A DNA stretch of 64,000 bases from Veleropilina oligotropha. Taxonomy: Eukaryota. The notes beneath the pieces are model-generated. The model worked only from the letters and a program-made list of their open reading frames with translations. It was not told the origin of the DNA and did no database searches. The translations under genes were made by a program, and so were the position numbers. Shown here piece by piece: positions 38,827 to 50,037 of this stretch (its first letter is position 1; each line of letters opens with the position of its first letter). The DNA is taken from contig JBEUKZ010000016.1 in the NCBI GenBank assembly GCA_048128005.1, forward strand, positions 496,001 through 560,000. Reading direction: 5' to 3'.

Positions 38827-41800
38827 TATGTAGTTACAAACATACTTACGTCCTTACTCTTGCCATAATAGTAATATTATTGCTAACCGGAAACAGTGAA
38901 TAAGTCACATTATGCACTATTAATAAGTCAAAGACGCAAAAACGTACCACGGTTACCTCCCCTGCTCCCCCTCCCCTACGTTCCCCCGCGAGATCTCGCC
39001 AAGTCTCGCGAGACTTCTGAACCAAGAAGTCACAAGACCTCAATTCAAAGTTTTCCGCTGCCGCGGAAAGACGTTGTTTTGCTCCGCAAATATTTCGAAA
39101 TAGGCGCCCGATTTCACGTTAAATCAGGACGCAATATATACTTATATGATATAAGTAGTGGAATATAACCCTGTGTTGTGGATACAAGACACAAGTGAAT
39201 ATAAGAAGATTGTGATTCTCAAAACTTCGAGGAGTTCTGGACATCAAGTAACCGACAGCGTCGCCGTTGCTAAGGAAAAAAGCATGGCCGCTTAGAGGGA
39301 AGTTTCGTGTGTAGCTGAAATTTCTGGTCGGTATATTTATCTGATATTGTTTGAGACTGCAAACAGGTAACTCATTATATGGGATAATTCCTTAACGACG
39401 CTATTTGCTGGTTATTATTGTATAAAATTTCTAGCGTCGTTAATAGGCAGGACTGTTCTGATATTCCTTTAAGTTATTCTGATATCCTGCCGTTTCTGGG
39501 ATAATACACCATTGTACTAACATAAAAACATCCACGAGGTCTTTTCAGGTGTTTTTCTGGGCGTTTTTTTCTAAGAGAAAACCCCCGTTTGTTCTAGTCA
39601 ATTACCCGGGTTTTTTACCGGGTCGTGTCGGGTAAATACCCGACCTCGGTGTTCCCAGTGCGGGGTTTTTTGCGTTTTTTGCGCTTTGCGGTATATCGCT
39701 TGATCTTTGATCTTCAGATCAGGGCAATTCTAGGAGTTGTCGTAGTATAGTCACAACTACCATATATATACCTATTTCACTACCCCGTATACCCACTCCT
39801 ATCCTCCCGCGTATACCCTCTGGTCCGGTGCAGTAGCTCCGGGTGTAACCAGAAAATTCACGGGTTTTGATACGCACACGGAATGCCGTATTCACCGTAG
39901 TTGTAGTAAAATTAAACTTCAGTGTGATTTGTGCCTTGTTTTTACAGACAAGCAGTGGGCGGTTCTATCCCAACCGGGTAAGTCGACCAGGGCGACTGCC
40001 ACGGTGGGCCCTCCTCGGGAAAGGGGCAGAAAAAGGGGTTGTTTGCAGACAGTAAGTTAAGGGATAATTCTTCTTTGTCTACTTCAGGGACGCTGGACGA
40101 CAGCCGACGTAAAGCACCGTCTGTCGCCGGGTCTCCCGGCGATACCTCCGCGACGAACCCTTGCCGGGACCCCAGATTCAGGTAAAGGCCCGAGTGCCGA
40201 CCGTTCCGCCTCAACCGGGCCTAGTAACTGCAGTCAGCCATACCTTGCCGGCTAGCAAGGTATATATGACAGCGCAGCGAACAGCTGTACAGGGCAGACC
40301 ATCCCCATCCTTTTCTTCGGCCTCGAAGAATAAGGGGACAGTTAGTCCTTCTGCGAGAAACTCTCCTTCTAGCGAAGGGGACAGACTCAATGCAGAGAAA
40401 GCCTTTAAAGAGGCCGGGCACCTACTTGTAGGTCTAAGACTCGGACAATCGGCGAAACCTGAATCCTCGGTCGAGAACGATGCGACTACCCCTAAGGGTT
40501 TTCCGCTCAACCTCGAAGCTCACGAGACATTCAGAGGGCCCGGTCTCTCCCGTGCACCCACCGTGGTCACGCTAGAGAACGTGGACAGACCGGCTGCGTT
40601 CGGGACGGGGTTCTACGGCGGTTTTCCGTCCGTGCCTCGCTCGAACAGAGTGGTAGACCGATACGGACTGTTGCCGCAGTCCTACCGGTCGTCCGGCCCA
40701 CCGAACGCGCCTCCGGGCCGTTCTTTCGGGTTCGACCACTCGACACGTGTCCCGAGACCCTGGTTCTCGGCTACACCTGTCCATGCAGCCCGTCTACCTA
40801 GCGCCACGGTGACTTCGACCGAACTACCGGCTGTTAGTTCGACGCCCGTCATGCCTCCGGGTTTCTCTTTAGAGAACGTCCAGGCTATGTTCGCGGCGGA
40901 GTTCGAGTCCCGATGTCGGGCCTGGTAACCGGCTTCCTAGCCGCTCCAGGTACCTACACCTCTGCCTGTGGCGCAGAGCACGGCTCCTGCCTCCGTGGTG
41001 GGGATCGAACCTCGTTCCAACGAGGACCTCGACTCCACTCACTCCGACCTCCCTGTATCGGTCGGGCCCGAAGACGCTGGTAGTCTTCCAGGCACGCAGG
41101 AGCCGACCTCCACCACCCGCCGAACTCGACGCTGTTGCGTCACTTCGCGGGGTGCTTGACCTGCCGGAACCGACTCGGTCGTATGCAGGCCCGGTCAAGC
41201 ACAGGACGGCGGCGCATCGGTTTGTTGAGAAGGAAGCCCCCTTGCTTTCTTCCTTACCTCAGTCTGGGCTGATTGATCGGGTGTTGACTCGACAACCAAG
41301 CTCAGTCGGGGGCGCAATCCGGTGGAGTCCTCCCCACTGACCGAGTACCCTTCGGGGTTCCGTAGTGGGAGGTACCTCCGGGCCAGTTCGCGTTCGATCC
41401 CGTTCGCATGTACTGGTCCGTGCCTGGCGACTGAGCCGGTTCGTGTTGACGCAGCGTTGCGTTGACTGACCGCCAGTCACACTCCCTCTGTAGCGAGAGT
41501 TCCTGGGTTCGCCTTGGAAGCTTTCGAGAGCTCCGCCCGATGGGCTCTGCGGCCGTCGTCCGTTCAGGATTTTTCCTAGACGGGACGATAGCCGTATTAC
41601 AGGAGGATGGACCCGGCGCCCGTGGGCTGCCCTGTCCTTCCTCCAGGAGGTTGCTGCCGTTATGGAGACCAACGCGTTGGAGACGGGACGTGTCCTGGGT
41701 AACGCACTCCTACTTCGTAGGGTCGCTTACCTTGAAGGCACCTCGCTAGATGAGGCCACCCGGCGCTCGTTGCGATGCGTGCCTTGCTCGGCCACCACTC

Positions 41801-44800
41801 TATTTGCCGACGATTTCTCGGAATTCGTCGACAGAGAGCGGCGGACCTGACGGACCGTACCATCGAGTAGGCGGTGCTGCACCCCCCGGGGGTCCACCCG
41901 CCGACTCGAGGAAGCGTTCAGGGCCCACCTGGACCCCGAAGCCTTCCAAGCGTGCATGGCCCTCTTCTGGTGGTAGGCCCCGGCCATTAACCCACTCCGA
42001 AGAGGCAAGCACCTCCAACAAGCTCCCGTACGCAGAGCGGGAGAGGGAAGCCTCGGCCCTAGGGCTGCCGGCACACACACGACAGTCCCAGCTACCCGCT
42101 TCCGCCGGTGGAAGCGTATCTGTTAGCGTACAGCCAGCCATGGCTAGACTACCAGACAGTAGCTGGGTCCCTCCGTCGTGAGTGCCGGATACAAGTTGGT
42201 TCAACCGGCATCCGACCCTAAACGAGGCACCACCAACAAGACACGCTCGCCTCCTAATCGGAGAAAAGCGAGCGGTCTTAGACCAGGCAGTGCGGGACCT
42301 ACCCGCGCCGCCCAGCACACCAGGAAAATACAGCCATTTCTTCCTGGTCCCGAATCCCGATGGCCGCTAGCGACCGATCTTCGGTCTCTCGTAACTATAT
42401 CTTCGTACCGAGAAATTCCAGCAAGAATCCCTCTCGAAGATACGAGCGGCCATCCATCCGGGCGACTGGGCAGCGTCTATCTATCTGACCGACGCGTATC
42501 TGCATGCCCCGATGCATATCACGGCTCATCAGTACCTTCGGTTTACACACGGGAGACGATCTACCATTCAGGTGCCTACCGTTCGGTCTATCGTCAGCCC
42601 CGTACGTCTTCACGAGAACAGTACAGGCCCTTAGGGCCTTCCTACACTCTCTAGGGCTCAGGGTACATATATACCTCGACGACTGGCTGATCTCGGGGCG
42701 TCCCGAGATCTGTGCCTCCGGTCTACGAGCTTTACCCTGTCATCGACGAAGCGCCTGGGATTTCAGATCAACGAGACAAAATCCTGCTTCGTACCCTCGA
42801 CGACGTTTACGTTCCTCGGAGTCGACTTCGATACGGTCCGGTACACCGCGAAGCCGACCCAGAAGCGTATGCGGAACCTACGCGCGGTTATCCAAGACAC
42901 CCTGTCATCGGACATAACTACGGCGCGACAACTGGCCACTGTCCTGGGGCACATCGAGTCGGTAGCGCCCCTGCTACCGACGGGTCGCATGGAAAAAGAC
43001 CGTTACAACAGGCGTTCAGGGATCGCTGGATACAACGGACGGGGCAGTGGACGGATCGCATCGATCTACGGCATTGGTTTACCGACACGACAGCAGTGTG
43101 GTTGAACCCCGCTTTGCCGGACCAGTCGGTTCCTATATCCCCACCAGAGCCGAACGCTTACCTGTTCACAGACGCTTCGAACGACGGCTGGGGTGGTCAC
43201 CTCGACAGCTACGAGACATCCGGCCTATGGCCGACAGACCTTCAGGGACGACATATCAACTTCCTAGAGTTAGAGCCGTCTACCTGTCAGTACGGTCCCT
43301 CTCGTTACATCTCCGCAACAAGCACATAATGCTCGCCACGGACAACACGACTGTCGTCGCTTACATACAGCACCAGGGCGGCTCTCGCTCGCGTCCCCTT
43401 TGCGACCGAGCAATAGACCTACACCGCTTAGTGATGTCCCTCAACTCGACGATTCGAGCCCGACACATCCCGGGAAAGCTGAATGTCAGAGCGGATTCGC
43501 TCTCTCGGAAATCACAGATAATACACACAGAGTGGACGCTACACAGCCGAGTAGCTCGGGACGTTGTCGCCGGTGGTCACAACCCCCAAGTCGATTTGTT
43601 TGCAACAGAATTCAATTACCGACTACCTCTGTATGTCTCCCCGTACCCAGACCCGGCCGCCCTAGCGGTCGACGCACTGTCAATGACATGGGAGAATCTG
43701 TCCGCGTATGCCTTCCCCCCGACGTGCATTCTATCACTGGTATTACAGAAGGCAGCGACCGAACGTTGCGAGATAACGCTAATAGCGCCCCTCTATCGCA
43801 CGCAACCTTGGTTTCCGACCCTACTCGATCTGATCGTCGATCGACCGTTAGCGTTACCGCAGAAACTAGACCTGTTAATGCAGCCACGCACCCGTGTACT
43901 CCCGAGTCGCCGAACCACTTACGTTTACACGCCTGGCGGTTATCGAACGATCCCTTGCTAAGAAAGGATTTTCTAAAGCTACAGCCTTACGTATCTATCG
44001 ATCGAGAAGGATTTCCACGACAAAAGTCTATGACTACCGATGGGTTAAGTACGTGGATTGGTGTCACAGCAGGCAGGTCAATATACTCCGTCCCCCTGTG
44101 AACAAGTTTATCGAGTTTTTATCGTCGCTCTTCGACCGCGGTATGTCAGTGTCCGCCGTCAAAGGCTATCGGGCAACGATCGCGACCACGTTAAAACAGT
44201 GTCGTGCCCATGCCGGCCTATCAAGCGACCGAACGATATCAGATTTTATACGATCTTACGAACTCGAGATACCGACCCGGAAATTCAAGCCACCTGCTTG
44301 GAATATCGTACTTATTCTTAACGCATTACTCTTACCCCCGTATGAGTCGATGTCCGAGATAACCATGAGGAACTTGACGCACAAAACGGTTTTTCTGATC
44401 GCCTTAGCGTCGGGCAGGCGTTGTTCCGAGATTCATGCTTTCTCCTCCGAGCTATGAGATATACGATTCCAGTCAGACGGGTCGGTGATACGGCGTCCTA
44501 TTCTGGGCTTCCTAGCCAAGAACCAACGGCCGATCGAGGACGCACCCGATGTTGTTATCCCCAAGCTAACGCTAGTCTGAAGGCGCGACACAGACCGCTT
44601 CAATTGCCCGGTCCGGGCGCTTCGGTTCTACCTAGACAGACCCGTGATTTGCGGCAGGGAAAATTACGTTTATTCATATCGTATTTGCCCACCTACACCC
44701 GCGACATTACGAGGACTACTGTTTCGCGGTGGATTTCACAGACAGTGATGTATACATCCGCTGTGACAACGAAGACCGCACTATTTTATCGGTCCGCGCT

Positions 44801-46240
44801 CACGAGGTCCGGGCTATTTATGCATCTGTTGCCTTCCGACATAGTTTGAATATCACTGCGTTACTTCAAGCAGGTTATTGGAAACACGCTAATGTGTTTG
44901 TTAAACATTATCTGCGGGACTACTCAACAGGGGCTGATTGCTTGAGCAGTTTACAGTGTGTTACTGCCCAAAGATGTATTGTTAGACCGAGGTCTTCTAA
45001 CCAGTAAGTATTGTTCTCTGATTGATCATTTGCATATTTACTGACGCCATTTTATTTTTGTTGGCCAAACGGTGCTATGCAATTAACACCTATGAGGCAG
45101 TTCAATGTCTGTTCATTTCTTAAATCTATTTTAAGACTTTGTACTTTTCATGTCAGACCTGAGTGTTGACAGCCAGATTACATTGAATTTAATAAAACAA
45201 CTTTTATAATTTTGCACAAATCTTAAAAAAGATTGAGGTTCAATATTATTATGTTCTTTGCTGTAATCGAACATACGATGTTCAATACATTGAAATTTTT
45301 TGATTCCTTAACATTTATTTTTAAGTAACATGTCGAACAATTTTTGCTTCCTTAAAATTTATTTTAACTGACATGTCGTCCATGTTAGCGTTCGCAAGTT
45401 GGTCATGCGAATTACTTATTAATATCGATTATTTATAATAATCTATTAATTCTTTGCTTTTGATTTAAAGCTTTCACAACCTGTTAGGTTCCGTGTGCTT
45501 ACAAATCCGACTGCATCCTCTGGCTACCGGCCTTCGGCCAGGAGTACCATTTGGCTGCCACTGGTCCATGACACGTAAGACCTACAGGGATTTATCCTTC
45601 CGGCCGTGCCTGGGGCTGATTGCACTTCCGTTCACCTCGTCCGACTCACACCACGGCGTATTCTCCCGGTAACACTGGTCGAAATTCTCGCTTGGTAAGA
45701 GTAGAATATAATACTCAGTAAAATTCCACTCTAGGCGGACACAATCGACGCTTCATGCTGATTGAAATGGTGAATAGTAAGTCATTATCTTGTTTGGGTT
45801 TGTTGTAAGGAACGTCTTACCCACCTATCCAAGGTTATTCTGGCAAGAGTAAGGACGTAAGTATGTTTGTAACTACATATGAGGTTTTAATTTAAACCTA
45901 ATATTAGTATAAAACATACTTACGTCCTTACCACGATTACCCACCCTGCGTTTCGCATTCCTCCCCTCTACTACGTTCCTTTGTGGTTTTTGAACTTTGA
46001 ATTGAGGTCTTGTGACTTCTTTGGTTCAGAAGTCTCGCGAGACTTGGCGAGATCTCGCGGGGGAACGTAGGGGAGGGGGAGCAGGGGAGGTAACCGTGGT
46101 ACGTTTTTGCGTCTTTGACTTATTAATAGTGCATAATGTGACTTATTCACTGTTTCCGGTTAGCAATAATATTACTATTATGGCAAGAGTAAGGACGTAA
46201 GTATGTTTTATACTAATATTAGGTTTAAATTAAAACCTCA
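38827..46240 (+). mobile_element. DIRS1-type tyrosine-recombinase retrotransposon, copy 1 (ORFs fragmented)
   Basis: Left ITR 38827-39052; right ITR 45993-46240 with 3' extension; ICR 45841-45931; gag/RT/RNase H/MT/YR remnants. Confidence 0.95.
39820..45007 (+). pseudogene. DIRS copy 1 gag, RT-RNase H-methyltransferase and YR ORFs with many frameshifts and stops
   Basis: LPFGLSSAP, HIYLDDWLI, FTDASNDGWG, HIPGKLNVRADSLSR, DLFAT..YAFPP, ASGRRCSEIH and AHEVRA..AGYW..FVKHY lie in shifting frames; the gag ATG is replaced by CTG. Confidence 0.9.
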
Positions 46241-46966
46241 TATTAGAGGCATAAAAATTTAGCGAATTGGTCACTTTGGACCTATTAGCGACACGTAATT
46301 TTAGCGAAAATTGAATTTCGGGAAATGCATACAACAATGCAAGTTCTAATTACTTAAATGTTATCCGACGTCCCCGTATGGCTGTTAATTGTCTGATTGT
46401 TACCCATTGTTATCGCAGCTGCAGTTTGTGAAGAATGACTATTAGCAGGATGACTAGTATTAAGTAGGTTGTACAAATCGTAATCGGATTAATGTAATGA
46501 CACTGGTGTTCAGATTGTAAATCATCACTCGAGTGTAAAATGTGAATTGGTACTTCAAATAAAGTAATTAATATGATTACAAATGCAATAGTTACGTTTA
46601 TTCAAAAATTGTTACTTAATAAAGTACCATGCATAATACAGTATAGTGTAGTGTTACTTGCCAGTAGCGAGAAAGCTAATAGTCTTTTGTCATTAAAATG
46701 CACACTGTTGTGTTATCAAGGGAGGTCATTTATGCAGTGACCCAGTAGTGGAACTTGCACGAAAACGAGGCTGTATGCAATACTGTTCAATAAACGTTAT
46801 CTTTAGAATGAGAACTATAGCAAGGAAGTTGATACGCTCGTTTGTTTCCGCCGTTCTTTGGTGTACGATTCCTAATATTAAAGTTACTTACATACATTAG
46901 TCAGAATTAGCTGGTTGCTATGGGGTTCTAATCGAATAATATCATTTAACAAGAGCTGTCAGAAGG

Positions 46967-48488
46967 CAGGGCTGGACAAATTTGAAAAAAAGTTACTAGC
47001 CCAAGGGCTAGTTGGATTCAACATCTTACTAGCCCTGCTCAATGTCACACTAGCCCGACTTTTCCGAAATGTTATAAATAATATTAATTTCCAGGGTGAG
47101 GTGGTGATAGAGTTTGATCCTTCTTCATTACACGCATTTATGGTCTTCAACAATGAAAATGAACATTTATGTACAAATTTAAAATTTTATTTATGTGCGC
47201 AAACATACTAGTATCAAATTACATAAAAGGACAAGACATTATCAAATGGTCCTGTCATCTGTCATAAAATCATGAGTTGGAAGTAAATACATCATATGAA
47301 TATGTTAGATTGTATAATCACATTTAACATACACTATATACAACAGATGGTCCTAGCAGACAAAGGTCAAGACATAATCCGAACGCATCGTTCTTGTTTT
47401 AAATAATTTCACTATTATATCAATAACAACGACATTGACTGAAAAAATTGAACTCAGCTTTGTAATATATTTTTTAAGCCATAGGTAATGATAGAATCAC
47501 CATTTTATAATATTTAAAATTAAGTGTTTATTATTATATCAGTTATTTATCTAATACCAATCTGCATGAATTTACATGATATAAAATACTATTAAATTAA
47601 TTGTAAAATAAATTATTTTGAAGTTTGAGTATTAATATTTTGTAATTTTCAATTTTTTAGAACATTCCCAATTATATTATAATTGTTAGTTATCTCCCTT
47701 TGATTCTAACAGTTCTCCCACAGACGTGATTTGTTAATTTTCAAGTTTCATTTTAATTTATTTTCTTTCTTATGCATGTTGCAATGCAATTTTAAACTAT
47801 TTTATGCTTATATACAAAGGTTGCATTAATTAAAAATAACCTCGTAAGTGAGCAAAATGGCGGGGAAGGTATTGAACTCTCCCAGATGGGGAAGGTTAGG
47901 TTTATATTAACATACAACTTTCTTACAACTGGATGCAACTTTCGTTATTATATCATCATGCTGGTATATTTATCTAAGCAAACACTCCATGTGTTGTTGT
48001 ATTTTAATTTTTACTTTCTTTAATTCATTATCTATACACACATGGAAATTATTTAAGCTAGTCACACCCCCAATTCCACACTTCCGCTTCCATTGTCAAG
48101 TTCTAGGATTACTTCAGGCGAAGGTCAAGGAGACATTGTTGATTATAATTTGCCTGGCCATTTGCTTTCAGATACAATAGAAGGTAATTAGCTGTGACTA
48201 GTTTGTCTTTGAATAAACAACTGTTAATTGATATTGTGTAAATATTTGATTGCTCAAAATATACAGACAACATATTTGATGGGGATTATTTCGCAAAACT
48301 GACGTGAGATTTGACCAAAACGTAGTGCATTTCGATTTTGAAAACATGTTGAGCGAAGCTCTTTTTGCTACAAACAAAACATACTAGTCCGGCGGGCTAT
48401 CTCGATATACATCCACACTAGTCCGATTGCATAATTTGCGATTTTTCACTAGTCCCGGGCGTCGGGCTGGTGCATTTGTCCAGCCCTG
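46967..48488. mobile_element. Non-autonomous TIR element (CAGGG termini, 7-bp TSD)
   Basis: 15-bp TIR cagggctggacaaat / atttgtccagccctg; exact TSD cagaagg (46960-66, 48489-95); subterminal actagccc/actagtcc repeats. Confidence 0.9.
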
Positions 48489-50037
48489 CAGAAGGACAGC
48501 ATGCTCGACTATCAAAAGCTGGATCGATGAAAATGCCATAATGAAAACAACTGTAAGAAGTTTGAAAGGTGTATTGGTATTGCACCTCTTTACTACATGG
48601 AAAAGTCATACACCAAATGTGGTTCAATGCCGCACAGTGGTTTTAGCGATAGCATTATAGATTGACAGACAGACAGAGATAATCATTGTTGTTTGTGACC
48701 CTTCATGGAAAACATTAACCTGAATTTTTAATTAAAAAAAGAGGAATAATTTGTTGCAAGGTCACATAATGACATCAAACAAGTGTATGAACTTTCAAGG
48801 CTGTAGTGTGAACAGTTTGTGAGAAAAGGCCCTTCATGCAAAATGAGGTTTTTAATTAAACCTAATATTAGTTAAAACATACTTACGTCCTTACTCTTGC
48901 CATAATAGTCATATTATCGCCAACCGGAAACAGTGAATAAAGTCACATTATGCACTCCTTTTAAGTCAAAACACCACGATCACCTCCCCTGCTCCCCCTC
49001 TCCTAAGTTCCCCCAGCGAGATCTCGCCAAGTCTCGCGAGACATCCGAGCCATCGAAGTCACAAGACCTCAATTCAAAGTTCAGAACCCCAAAGGAACTT
49101 AGTAGAGGGGAGGAATGCGAAACGCAGGGTGGGTAATCGTGGTAAGGACGTAAGTATGTTTTAACTAATATTAGGTTTAATTAAAAACCTCATATGTAGT
49201 TACAAACATACTTACGTCCTTACTCTTGCCAGAATAACCTTGGATAGGTGGGTAAGAAGTTCCTTACAACAAACCCAAACAAGATAATGACTTACTTTTC
49301 ACCATTTCAATCAGCATTTGAAGCGTCGATTGTGTCCGCCCAGAGTGGAATTTTACTGAGTATTATATTCTACTCTTACCAAGCGAGAATTTCGACCAGT
49401 GTTACCGGGAGAATACGCCGTGGTGTTAGTCGGACGAGGTGAAGCGGAAGTGCACTCAGCCCCAGGCACGGCCGGAAGGATGAATCCTTGTAGGTCTTAC
49501 GTGTCATGGACCAGTGGCAGCCAAATGGTACTCCGGCCCATAGGCAGGTAGCCAGAGGAAGCAGTCGGATTTGTAAGCACACGGAACCATAGTTAGGCTG
49601 TGAATATATCAAATCTTAAGCAAAGAATTAATAGATTATTTATAATAATCGATATTAATAAGTGATTCGCATGACCAACTTGCGAATAGCTAACATGAGT
49701 ACAACATGTTACTTAAAATAAATTTTAAGGAAGCAAATATTAAAAAATTTTCAATGTCTTGAACATCGTATGTTCTTTGTAACAGCCTAGAACATCAATA
49801 ATATTGAACCTCAAAATTCTATAAGACGTTTATGCAAAATAATTGTTTATTAAATTCAATGTGAACTGGCTTGTCAAATACTCAGGTATGACATAAAAGT
49901 ATCGAAATCTTAAAATGTTTTTAAGAAATGAACATACATTGAATTGCCTCAGAATGTCTATTTCATAGAATAGCTAGGCATAACAATAGCATTGCATCAG
50001 CACAGATTATGTAAATTGATAAATCAAGGAACAATAC

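Noticed and set aside
38842..38849. atacttac matching the U1 snRNA 5' end
   Set aside because: The match is only 8 nt with no U1 body; it is part of the DIRS ITR.
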